A model generated the notes under the pieces. That model did no database searches. It was not told the DNA's origin and worked only from the letters and a program-made list of their open reading frames with translations. From Hypanus sabinus (lineage: Eukaryota): 64,000 nucleotides of DNA. Shown here one piece after another: positions 49,867-61,488 of the stretch; the stretch's first letter is position 1, and every line of letters begins with the position of its first letter. Position numbers and translations under genes: made by a program. The stretch spans positions 35,154,001 to 35,218,000 of the forward strand of contig NC_082721.1 in assembly GCF_030144855.1 (NCBI RefSeq). The letters are read 5' to 3'.

Positions 49867-51182
49867 AATCTCATTCAAAGAACTGACACAGACTCAATGG
49901 GCTGAATGCTTTGCAAACCTTCCAGGAGTGAGACTGGGTATCTACTGGTTAGTGTTGCTCTTTCCATACCGGTGAATTATACAGAGGAGTGAGCTACTCT
50001 AAATATTAAGTGGACAACATTTTAATTGCTAATAGCATACTGTTTGCAGTACCTGAAAAATTAATAACATTTTGTTTATACATTCATGGATTCCATAACT
50101 ATTTCTGAAAAATTGACATGAAATGAATCTTAATGTTAAAATGTTCTGCTTCCTGTACAAACAACCTTCTAGGAAGGTTCATGAAAAGGAAATGGTGGCT
50201 GGCTGATATGGGAATAATGACTAAAACTGACTTCAGTCAAGCTTCCACCTAACGATTCTCAGCAAACACGAGGATGGGATGTCACTTGTCAGTCTTGGTC
50301 CTGCTGGCCAATCTTTAACAGGACCAAAATGGTCCCTTAAAGCAGCTAGGTTTCACTTTTGAATGAATATCATGGTCATTCTACAGATATGATCATCCTC
50401 AAAATATACTTGATAGCAAGATGACACAATAAAGTAGTTTCAGGGCTCTGAAAGCATATTGCTTTTGGCTTGGCTTAAAAATGGAAAGCAACTAGGGGTG
50501 GATGAATAATTGCTTTCGGACAAAAATAAAAAAAAGTAAGTCTTTTATATTTGTTGATGACATGCACAATGTAAAATTTCTAAATTTGGTGATGTGGTAA
50601 ATGAAAAATAGGAATGTAGTAGGATGCAAGGGGGAGTAGACAGGCTACACAATGAAAAAGAAACAAAAACAAGTGGCAGATGAAATTAAATTAGTGTGGG
50701 GTGATGCATTCCCACAGAAAACAGACATGCAATGTCAGATGATGGGCTCTGTTTTGGAGGGTGTGCAGGAATGGGGAGACTGAGTGTACATGTGCAGGCT
50801 GTAAGGAGGGAGCAGGCATGAGATCCTGTGCTTTATGAGAACTGTGGAGAACAAAAGCAGCAAATTGTGCAGAATCTCTGGAAAATGTTATGTGCTCTGT
50901 GACTAGATAATCTCTGTGGCTAGATATTCGCTCAAGATTTAGGAAGGCTTCCAAGGCCCTTGAGAAAGGGCAGTAAAGATGTGTTGGAGTGGATACGGGA
51001 ATGGGGATTCAGGATTTCAAGATTCAAGTTTATTTATCACACTGACAGCGAAATGTGTGGTTTGTGTTAACGACCAACACACCCAAGGGTGTGCTCAGAG
51101 CAACCTGCAAATGTCATCAACATGGCATGCTCAAAATGCTTCGCTGAACAGCAAGCCACAAAACAACAGCAAAACAATTCAT

Positions 51183-52070
51183 AAGGTTATAAAACCACAA
51201 GATATAGGAGCAGAAGTAGGCCATTTGGCCCATCAAGTCTGCTCTGCCATTCAATCATGGGCTGACCCAATTCTTCCAGTCATCCCCACTCCTCTGCCTT
51301 CTCCTCATACGCTTTGAGGACCTGGCTATCAAGAACCTATCTATCTCTGCCTTAAATACATCCAATAATTTGACCTCCACAGTCACTCGTGGCAACAAAT
51401 TCTACAGATTTACCACCCTCTGACTAAAGTAATTACTCTGCATCTGTGTTCTAAATAGATGTCCTTCAATCCTGAAGTCATGCCCTCTTGTCCTAGACTC
51501 CCCTACCATGGGAAATAACTTTGCCATATTTAATCTGTTCAGGCCTTTCAACATTCAGAATGCTTCTCTATGATCCCTCCTCATTCTCCTGAACTTCAGG
51601 GAATACAGCCCAAGAGCTGCCAGACATTCCTCACATGAAAACCCTTTCATTCCTGGAATCATTCTAGTGAATCTTCTCTGAACCCTCTCCAATGTCAGTA
51701 CATCCTTTCTAAAATAAGGAGCCCAAAACTGCACACAATACTCCAAGTGTGGTCTCATGAATGCCTTATAAAACCTCAACATCGCATCCCGGCTGTCATA
51801 TTCTATACCTCTAGAAATGAATGCCAACATTGTATTTGCCTTCTTCACCACTGACTCAACCTGCAGGTTAACCTTTAGGGTATCCTTCACAAGGACTCCC
51901 AAGTCCCTTTGCATCTCTGCATTTTGAATTCTCTCCCCATCTAGATAATAGTCTGCCCATTTATTTCTTCCATCAAAGTGCATGACCGTACACTTTCCAA
52001 CATCCTATTTCATTTGCCACTTCTTTGCCTATTCCCCTGAACTATCTAATTTTCTCTGCAGGCTCTCTGA
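51183..52070 (-). mobile_element. CR1 3' fragment, relatively young
   Basis: ORF 51555-51983 QRDLGVLV..RPHLEYCVQFWAPYFRKDVLTLERVQRRFTRMIPG; tail cctacttctgctcctatatcttgtggttttat; preceded by a reverse Rex-type tail at ~51010-51180. Confidence 0.93.
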
Positions 52071-52719
52071 TTTTTGCCAATTTAACAATGTATTTTACTG
52101 TTAGTTAATACAGCAGTAGAGCCACTACGCTTGCCTTCTCTGATTGAGACTGAAACACATCAGGACTGTGTTCCTAATCTCTATCAGGAGTTTTCTCTCA
52201 TTGGCATTTCACATGGTTATCAGCTGTGCATCATAATAACCACATGCAAACAGTTGGAAACGACTGACAATTTAACCATGTGCAGCTCTATGTTAGAAGT
52301 TATTTTTAGTTTGTATTGATAACAATAGGACCGTGGTGAATTATGTGCACGAGTCCCTGATATATTGCATCCCTTCCTTCCCAAACTTGCACAAATAATT
52401 TTAATGAAATGGTACACAAGGTAAAATTTATAAAGCTGACATTTCCCTAATTACAAATTCAAGTAATCCAGTAGTTTTTACACTTGTTTCAAACAATAAA
52501 GCAGAATTTGTGCTGAAGTATCACACATGATAATATCTCATTTTTAGCTGTGCTATCTACCCCTAGATCAGCTTCAGTGAAAAGTGAAGAAACTTCCAAG
52601 TTGCTCACATATTCATCTAATTTGAAATAACAATAGATCATCAAACTGCTCCTTGATATTGCTCCTTCTGTTTCACACAAAGAAGGCACGCCAGTAGCTC
52701 AACTTCATTAGGAATTTTT

Positions 52720-53503
52720 AGGAGACCTGGAACGCCACCAAAGACCAGTAAACTTCTACAGATGTACGGTGGGGAGCATTCTGATTGGTTGCGTCATAGC
52801 CTGGTATGAAGGCTCCAATGCACAGGATTACAAGAGGATGCAGAGTGTTTGATTAGATAAGATTGATTTATTAATCACACATTCGTCAAAACATACAGTG
52901 AAATGCATTGTCTGTGTTAAGCACCCAACACAATCAGAGGATGTGCTGGAGTATCCCACAAATGTTGCCATATATTCTGGCACCAATGTAGTATGCTAAC
53001 GTAAAACTAGCAATAAAAAATAAACTCCCATCCCGCCTCCAAACCCATCCACTCAGATGGGCTTCCAAACGTAGGACAGGCGGGCTCCAGGTTTCCAACC
53101 TCCAGACAATGGCTCTGGACTTATAGACATCAGGCTTCTGACCTCACCAACATAGACATTTTGACCTTTGGGTTTTGACCTAGGACTCACTGATCACAGA
53201 CTCCAGTCTCAGGATTCGCCTATCGACCTTGGGCTTCCAATCTGGCACTCGCTGACCTCAGATCTGACCCTATGACTCGTCAACCTTGGGGAATACCAGA
53301 CATCATTGCTGGGGTTTGCTGGCCTCCAACCTTGAAGCACTCTGATCTGAACTCCAACCACTGGTTCGTTCTCCTAACTCTTCATTTGCTGCTCCTGACC
53401 TCTCACCTCCTTCATCCCTGTCTCTACCCCTAACTTTTATGCCTTGCGACAAAAAAACAAGTTTCACAACATATGTCAATGACCAAACACATTCTGATTC
53501 TGA
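52720..53503. mobile_element. Composite: Rex/Babar fragment (+; 52720-52850 and tail 53440-53503) interrupted by a reverse non-autonomous element with degenerate internal repeats
   Basis: NFYRCTVGSILIGCVIAWYEGSNAQDYKRMQSV; reverse tail gattagataagattgatttattaatcac; repeated g(g)actc(g)ctgacct-like units 53140-53290; attctgattctga tail. Confidence 0.6.
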
Positions 53504-54399
53504 CTTGTTTGGTTTCACCACATCCAAATTCTGACCATTAGTAACTGCAGAGGTCAGTTCAGTGGTTATATGTAGAATATTCTTTCAGTGAAAGGAGAAA
53601 CACACAACTTTTGAATAATTTTCACATCTTTTCAGTTCTGATTTTGCAGTCTTAATTGCCCATTCTGAAGCAGGGTGATAGGGACCTCTGTGCATGCACA
53701 TTCCTTCTGAGGAATCTGACAAAATCACCTCTGGTGAATTTGCTTCCATTGCGCATTATGCATTGTGCATCATTATGCACGGAATCTGCATCTGCCACAA
53801 GAGTGGTTATTTTTTTCCATAAACAGACCTACAAAATCTGTATGCATCCTTGACTATGATCTAGTTGGCTAGGGCCATGAGTTGACAGCAGCTACTGGTG
53901 GATCCTTGTTAAGATACAAAACGGGTCAGAGATCACATCAGTTGCATATTCCAGGCTAGCTGCCAAATATTCTGACAGCTTGCTAAACATAAAATATCAG
54001 CAAAGGTACCTCTTGCTATGTTGACTTAGATCAGTTGCATCGTTGTCCTGCTGATTTCAGAACGTAACCCTTGAATTCACTCATAAGACCCCCTGTAGCA
54101 TGCACGTACTGTGGAAGTTTATCACTCTGGTGATGATGGCTAAGCCTTGCTTCTCTAGTTACTGTACACGTAATCTTGCTCTGCTTTGGAAGGAGACTTT
54201 GACAACTCATCATCTTCTCCATGTGGTGTCACAGAACAAAATCAATGATTTAAGGTGATTCACTAGATCTTTATAAACAGGAGTTTGATAATTCAGTGTT
54301 GACTCCCGGAATACTTTATTTCTTTGTGCACATCCATGTTTTCTGTGATTCTGAAACTCATGCAGAGTACATGAAGGAGATAGAGTACATGAAAGAGAT

Positions 54400-54490
54400 C
54401 ATGGATGATCAGCCATGATCATACTGAATGGTGGTGCAGGCTCAAAGGGCCGAATGGCCTACTCCTGCACCTATTTTCTATGTTTCTACA
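54400..54490 (+). mobile_element. CR1 3' tail
   Basis: gatcagccatgatcatactgaatggtggtgcaggctcaaagggccgaatggcctactcctgcacctattttctatgtttcta; preceded by an 18-bp tandem agagtacatgaa(g/a)gagat. Confidence 0.75.
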
Positions 54491-56114
54491 GAGGATGTCC
54501 AAGATAATGAAGAGCATGAAGTCCTTCTGCTTTGTTATTTGGCTACACTAGGTCCAGCTGGCACAGCTTGGATGGTTGTCTCCAGATGGCTGGAGTCCTT
54601 CCAGCAGAGATCTAAAGCAGACTAGGAGACATAAGTCTTCTTTCATCTGTCCTTTTGCTCCTTGAAATCAAATTTCTGGATTCTCCTCGTGCTTCTGTTC
54701 CATCTTTCCAAGATGGCATATGACAACTCACCTTGATTCACTTCAAGCAAAAAAATCCAGCAGATGCTGGAAATCCAAACCATAAACTGAAAATATCAGA
54801 GCTACTAAGCAGGTCAGGTAGCAACCATGGAGAGAACTGTGTTGTGGGATCTGGAAACATTTTGATCCAGAGACTCTTTGGAAGTCAAATAATGTTTGGT
54901 TGTCATGGCTGTTTATTAGGTGTTCATAACAAAGAAAATACCAGTAACCAACTTGCTCTACTGTAAGGAAGGGAGAGAATAAAGAATGAACAAAGAAAAG
55001 TAAAGAAGAACGCAGAACAAAGAACAAAGAAGTCAACCGTGTCTTACACCAGATCGACAGATAACAAGACATTTTGTGATAAGAGTTAACCAATGAAATG
55101 GTTAGATTCAATAGCATGATTCCAGATGCAGAGAACCTTCTAGAAAAATAAAGAATCGTTACAACTCTGTTACAACTACTGAAAATTTACTGAATTACAC
55201 ACATATATGACAAGTTGTTATGTAAAAATATAAGCAAGCATAGAGAAAGTTGAACTAGAAAAATAAAATTTTTTCACTCTGATCCAAGTGTCAACCTTTC
55301 AATGAAGGATTTATCAGAAGTGGAAAGGTGATCAATGGAGTAAATTAATTATTGACTGGAACATAACTATATCTGATATCAACCAAGGGGATTTGTTTTG
55401 TATTAAAACAGGTCAAGATTAGAACCTAGTCCACTTGATCTACTGGTAAGCCTTTGACTGATCAAGGCACATAAAGGATTCTTGTAAAAAACTATCTTTC
55501 TTTGAGCTGAAGAAATACGTCTTTACCCAGAGAGAAAGAGAATTTGTCCACCTTCTCGGTTGATTTTTATTTTGTATTCTCCACACGTCCTAACACTGTC
55601 ATTTACCTTCACTAAAAGAATGAATGGATCACTCATATCAGAAAACTCAACCAGTTCAATGATACCTCCTCTCAGTCTCTTCAGTTCTTTCCCAAAATAT
55701 ACTATAGTGCTAAGTACATATTATGCATTCATGAACTAAAGTACACCATCCTCCTTCATATGAATCTTAGCTTCCATATCTTGAATGATACCAGGTTCAT
55801 CTCAAAAAAACCTCAAGTACTAAAGTCCTCAAGCAGGATTGGAGAGATATCATTGATAATATTTCAGGCTATCAAATTAGATCCTTGCTCTAAGATAATC
55901 AGGATTGCTTTATTCTACTTCATTATCCCATCATCGTGATCCTTTCCCTAGCTTAAGGAATGGAATGCAATGGATGACTCTTTGAAGTTCACTGTACCAC
56001 CAGGCTAACATCGCTCAAATTCTTGCTCTCACATTATGAAATCCAATTCGGCTACATTAAAACATGAGGCTTCACAACGTCAGCTGAATATCATTCAAGC
56101 AACCAAGCTGTTGT

Positions 56115-56655
56115 TAATTATTTATTTCTTGAGATAGAGTCTGGAGTTGGCGCGTGGCCTAGTGGGCAAGGCATCAGACTAGTAACCTGAAGGTCACTGG
56201 TTCGAACCTCAGCTGAGGCAGCGTGTTTGTGTCCTTGAGCAAGGCGACGTCACCGGTGCCAAGCTGCATGGGTCCTAGTGCCCTTCCCTTGGACAACATC
56301 GGTGGCGTGCAGAGGTCTCTGCTGGTCTCCCATACAACCCTGCCCAGGCCTGCGCCCTGGAAACTCCAGGCGCAGATCCATGGTCTCTCGAGACCGACAG
56401 ATGCCACCACCATAGTCTGGAATAGGCTCTTTGATTGCACTGCACAGCAACTCCCGATTTAATCCTATCCTAATCGCAGGACAGTTTACAATGACTAATT
56501 AACCATACCAACTGGTATGTCTGGACTGTAGGAGGAAACCAGAGTTCCTGGGGGAAACCCATGCATTTACTGCGAGAACATATAGGCAGCGGCAGGAATT
56601 GAACCCTGGTCGCCTGCACTGTAAAGAATTGTGCTAACCACAATGCTACCGTGCT
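56115..56655 (-). mobile_element. V-type tRNA-derived SINE (host of the 56146 SINE)
   Basis: Reverse strand agcacggtagcattgtggttagcac..gggttcaattcc (A/B boxes), V-domain tgcatgggtttccc..ggtttcctcctacagtcc, (aaat)n tail. Confidence 0.8.
56146..56413 (+). mobile_element. tRNA-derived SINE, young
   Basis: A box TGGCCTAGTGG, B box GGTTCGAACC, gtgtccttgagcaaggc core, (cca)n end, exact 8-bp TSD agtctgga (56138-56145 / 56414-56421). Confidence 0.88.
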
Positions 56656-57213
56656 ATTTTTCTATATCCTTACAATTATCATAAAGTTAATGTTTAATGT
56701 ATTCAAACAAGCAAATGAACATAACAATTTAGCAATTAAAGCTATACCCTCAGCCATCCTTTTATCTGTGGGTTCATTAATTATAAGGCATTGCTAACAA
56801 TATAATCATTTCAGGCTATTTTGAGTCTTATCATGGATCTTAGTGTCTTTACGTATTATCATATTCCCATTCATTAATTTATGAAAATAACCACAGTCAA
56901 TTTTGCATCTGGAGAGCAAATGTAGCAGCCATATTCTGTCCTTGTCGATTGCTCCTGACCTCTGGTGCCCCAGGTTCCTCCCAGTTCCCAAGAAACATGT
57001 GAGTTGGCAGATTAATTAGCCGCTGTAAATGTCCCCATGTGTATCAGTGGGAGACAGAATCTGGAGGGAGTGGATGGGAATGTGGAATAAATCAAATGGA
57101 TTGATGCTAGTGGGTAAACACGAGGAAATCTGCAGATGCTGGAAATTCAAACAACACACACAAGATGCTGGTGGAACACAGCAGGCCGGGCAGCATCTAT
57201 AGGGAGAAGCACT

Positions 57214-57247
57214 GTCGACGTTTCGGGCTGAGACCCTTCGTCAGGAC
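57214..57247 (-). ncRNA. Minimal type I hammerhead ribozyme, core intact
   Basis: Minus strand gtc-CTGACGA-aGGGtctcagCCC-GAAA-c-GTC-gac: stem I gtc/gac, CUGANGA box, stem II, GAAA, GUC cleavage triplet; stem III reduced to a CG palindrome as in Penelope hammerheads. Confidence 0.8.
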
Positions 57248-57715
57248 TAACTGAAAGGAGAGATATTAAGAGATTTGAAAGCAGTGGGGGGTGGGTGAAA
57301 TGCAAAATGATAGGAGAAGACTGGAGGGGGTGGGATGAAGCTAAGAGCTGGAAAGGTGATTGACGAAAGTGATACAGAACTTCCGTTAATGAACATTGAC
57401 TTCTCTAACTTCCGTTAATGCCCCTCCTCCCCATCTTACCCCATCCCTGACATACTTAGTTGTTTGTTTTTCTCTCCCTCTCTGCCCAGCACTCTGCCTG
57501 TTCTCCATCTCCCTCTGGTGCTCACCCCCTCCCCCTTTCTTTCTCCAGACTCCTCCCGTCCCATGATCCTTTCCCTTCTCCAACTCTGTATCACTTTCGC
57601 CAATCACCTTTCCAGCTCTTAGCTTCATCCCACCCCCTCCGGTCTTCTCCTATCATTTCGCATTTCACCCTCCCCCCATTACTTTCAAATCTCTTAGTAT
57701 CTCTCCTTTCAGTTA

Positions 57716-57749
57716 GTCCTGACAAAGGGTCTCGGCCCGAAACGTCGAC
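57716..57749 (+). ncRNA. Minimal hammerhead ribozyme with G8>A core mutation (predicted inactive)
   Basis: gtc-CTGACAA-agggtctcggccc-GAAA-c-GTC-gac. Confidence 0.7.
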
Positions 57750-58774
57750 AGTGCTTCTCCTTATAGATGCTGCCTGGCCTGCTGTGTTCCACCAGCATTG
57801 TGTGTGTGTGTTGTTTGATGCTATTGGGTGCCTGGTGTCAGCATGAAGTCAGTGGCAAAGGGCCTACATCTCTCTGTGAATCTTCCATCCATAAGTGGCC
57901 ATTGAATTTGGGCACGGTCAGAAAGGAATTGCCTGATGATCTTGCTCTTCCCAGATCAGATTTGTTGAAACTATTTTGCAACAAGCATAATGACGTGGGG
58001 CCAGGACTGTGTAACTCATTACCATATGGGGATTGTGGATGAGATTTGTTTTGGCTGACCAGAGTAAAGAATACACTTGATTTGTAAAGTAATGGAGAAC
58101 ATGATTCATGTCTCAGAACTCAGCAACATTTCAGTTTGCATCATCCCATGAAATCAGCAGAATAATTTATTTAAAAATACATCATTATATTCCATTTCCC
58201 ACTGATTTGTGTAGTATAAACCTAATTACTCTCAAAATGGATAAGAGCTTCTTTGTAAAGAAATCTTGTTGCAACTGGCCTTTAAATTAAAAATTTTAGT
58301 TCTGTTGCATTTAGTAGAAGTCCCTAGCTTAAGTATTTTTTAATATATGAAAGACTTTGACTTAAGCTAAGTGAAAGTCTCAGACATCTGTAACTGCAAC
58401 CTCAAGAAAAGACAAACAGGTGAGTTAGGTTCACAGCTCATTTATAATCAGCTGCCCCTATTTCCATTGTCATTCCTATTGCAATCACCTCTATCACAAA
58501 GATCACCTAGTGGTCGTCTTCCCACTGGGGAAAATTCAATGCAATGTTTCCTTACATCTCAGCTTTCTTCACTAATGATTACCATCCCAACAGCTAGGAG
58601 AACAGCTAGGAGACCATCTTGATGTATGGTGCATTCAGTTCTCCCAATTGTACCTGTTCCAGTGTTTGACCTGCGAGACAAATCACAACTAATGATTTGA
58701 ACAGCTTTGTGAAGCAGTATCCATCTTATCCTCAGCTGTTACATTCAGAGTCAAACTTCCAACAGAACATCTAC

Positions 58775-59137
58775 AATATAGAAACATAGAAAACCTACAG
58801 CACAATACAGGCCCTTCGGCCCACAAAGTTGTGCCGAACATATCCTTACCTTAGAACTACCTAGGCTTACCCATAGCCTCTATTTTTCTAAGCTCCACGT
58901 ATCCATCCAGGAGTCTCATAAAAGACCCTATCGTATCTGCTTCCACCACAGCCACTGGCAGCCCATTCCACACACTCACCACTCTGCATAAAAAACTTCC
59001 TCCTAACATCTCCACTGTACCTACTTCCAAGCACCTTAAAACTATGCCCTCTTGTGCTTGCCATTTCAGCCCTGGGAAAAAGCCTCTGACTATCCACACG
59101 ATCAATGCCTCTCAATATCTTGTACACCTCAATCAGG
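58775..59137 (-). mobile_element. CR1 3' fragment
   Basis: LIEVYKILRGIDRVDSQRLFPRAEMASTRGHSFKV (ORF 58888-59193); (atagaaac)n tail on plus strand. Confidence 0.9.
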
Positions 59138-61344
59138 ATAAAGATGATAACTATGATAAAGATCATATTTTTAACATTACCCAAATTCCACATTGATACA
59201 ATTGAAGGATTTGAAACATACCTTTATAAAGTTAGCTATAAATAAAAGTAGAATTATGGAGGACTTTGATTGCAGTTTAGTTGGTTGTGATATTGCCCCT
59301 TTGTAAGACAGCCATATTGGTCCCTGCTTTAGTTGATCTCAGCAAACGCACTGTAGAGGATATTGAAAGTTTTGGGCAATCCGACCTGGTTTGGGAGTAA
59401 AACAATCAGGCAGACTTCTACATGTATTTGCTGAAGACCACATATGTTGGAAGGATGGAATAGAGCCCAGTTGTGATTCCTGATATAGAATCCTCAACAT
59501 TCGGTGCTTAGACTTGTATGACTAGTACATAAACCGAGTTAAAATAAATCCCATTTCTTATCTGCCTGATCAAAATTAAGACATTATTCTTCCTAGATTC
59601 TTCTTCCTATTCATATTCTAAAACCACTCCCAGCTCAAGTTATTCTGTGGAGCTGCTGATTTGTTTTGTCATGTCTATCCACAACTGTACTGGTCCCTTT
59701 AAGTTTGTAACAACCCACCTTTCTTGTACCGAGGGAAAGTTCTGACAGGCCATTAATACACAATCTGAAATATTGGCTTTCCTGGGAAGGTTGAGGAGGG
59801 CATCTAATTCCAGCCAGAAAATGACAGACAGCGCATTCACTTACATTTGCTGTTGGTGGATCTCAGTCAACAAAGACAGCTACACATAGTGGAGGCAGAT
59901 GGTGCTTTATACTGAGGGAAGGGCTTCTCTCAGCAGTCACCAGAGGCAGCATCACAAGGCTAATGGGGAGTAAATTGTAGATTTAAAGCTCTGTCATGTG
60001 CAAACTAAATCTAAGCTCTAAGCGGCACAGTGACATCTCTCCCAGGTCATTCTTTTCTCCAGTGGTCAGCTCTCACTTTCTCTTGAACACTTACAATTGA
60101 AACAAAAGGTATTGTACTGTAAATCTCAGCGCTCCCATATATTTTTACTGCCAAAACAGTTTTATTTCATGCAGTTTTCATACTGAGCAGAATACATCCC
60201 TAAGCAAGAGAGATTTAAAGTTGCATAAGTAACCATACATAGAAAGAGCAACAGTTAAAAGGCTGCGACACACCCAAATGCTTTCTAACCTTACAATCAC
60301 CTGATGTAAATGTTTCCTTAGAGTCATAGTTCAATTTTAATAGTGGCCTGGGACAATGACGGTGCTCAACTTGTCAGTATTAAACTGGCGTCAGCTTTAA
60401 TATTTCTGTTTTCTCCCATTGTCACAATAGCGACAAATATCATTGTTGCAGCCAGAGAGAGAGAAAAAACTAGGAGTAGGAAACTCTGCAGTGGCTGCAG
60501 ATGGGAAGTATAAAGTCAGGATAGGACCAAGGCTAGCTGTGGTTCACATCGGCACCTCACACACACAGAAATAACCTACTGATAATGCCAACCAAGCAAA
60601 GAAAGCCTGTTTTGCCAATTGTACAGGGGAGGTAGACAACATAAAAAGAACAATAGTGAAAAAAGCAGGGTTATTTAAATCTACTTCACAACAGCTGTGA
60701 TTTACTTTTGATTGCAGTTTACAGATGCCAGCAAGTCTCAATAAATTATCAAAAATTCTTAAATGGGATAGATTACTCTTAATCTGATCAACATGAAATA
60801 AGTCTGTGTGCATCCTGTCCAACAACTAATTCAAAATTACTCTAAGCAATCACATCAATTACACAGTTCTAACTAAAAAAAAACAGAGAAAATGCTGCAG
60901 ATGCCCAGCAGATTTGTTAGCATCTGGAGAGAGACCAGTTAGTGTTTCAGGAAGAGATGCTGTTTTAAAGCTTGAAATAGGTGCCTCCAGCATTTTTATT
61001 AATTTCGCAATCTTTTTCAGTTTCTCTCCATACAATAACATTGGCTGTGGTTGTAACAAAGCAAATTTGTCTTTTTAAGAACACTAGCTAATTTCAGAAT
61101 GGTATTAATAACTGGACAATATAGAAGAAACCTTATCTGTTATAAAGAACTCATTCCCAAATCTTTGCATAGAGAACAAAATACTTAACTTTAGGTAAAT
61201 TACATTTAGAAGTTGACTTTTTTCTACAATTCAAGCAGATTCAAAAGCAAAAATAAAGGAAAAAATTCAGCCCAAGACATTATTGAAATGAGACCGGTAA
61301 CAATGAAAACTACAATTTCTTGACCAAAGTGGATACATACTCAC

Positions 61345-61488
61345 TTCTTTCATCTCAGTAGAAACAGTCTTCAGTTCCCCTAAAACCAGCTCCAGATCTT
61401 TAACAATGCACATAATTTGCTCTTTCACTTTGGATTGAGAATCCTGAGTCTTTAAATCCTCTCCATTCCCGCTCTGTTCCCCAGACAT
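61345..61488 (-). CDS. PRR16/Largen-family protein, coding exon 1 (48 aa)
   Basis: MSGEQ...SKVKEQIMCIVKDLELVLGELKTVSTEMKE resembles the PRR16 N-terminal coiled coil (KVKEQIKIIVEDLELVLGDLKDVAKELKE, recalled). ATG at 61488 with an in-frame TGA upstream; ends at GAA|GTGAGT donor (intron starts 61344), phase 0. Confidence 0.92.

Larger units (their letters stand above)
57116..57814. mobile_element. Young Penelope-like element consisting of inverted pseudo-LTRs (fold-back)
   Basis: ~57150-57378 is the reverse complement of ~57585-57814; 15-bp TSD ttgatgctagtgggt (57101-57115) / ttgatgctattgggt (57815-57829); same terminal sequence as the GIY-YIG-bearing copies. Confidence 0.92.
56960..57885 (+). 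mobile_element. Old V-type SINE split by the Penelope insertion
   Basis: ggtgccccaggttcctcccagttcccaaga..ttaattagccgctgtaaa; resumes at 57815 to a CR1-like tail ggcaaagggcctacatctctctgtg. Confidence 0.6.
27835..61344 (-). other. Intron (33,510 bp, phase 0, GT-AG) of the Largen-like gene
   Basis: Canonical donor and acceptor join KE|VV in frame, restoring the continuous family motif. Confidence 0.85.

Noticed and set aside
53140-53300. CRISPR-like repeat array
   Set aside because: Degenerate, irregular internal repeats of a vertebrate retroelement; no constant repeat-spacer structure or cas genes.
56146-56215. tRNA gene
   Set aside because: A/B boxes are present but it continues into a SINE body flanked by an 8-bp TSD; no proper acceptor stem or T-run terminator.
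59805-59835. REST/RE1 site near exon 1 (agacagcgca)
   Set aside because: Only a partial right half-site; no properly spaced TTCAGCACC left half.
61267-61344. C-terminal 25 aa of ORF 61267-61488 (VSMYPLWSR...)
   Set aside because: Read-through into the intron past the GTGAGT donor; family similarity stops at KE.
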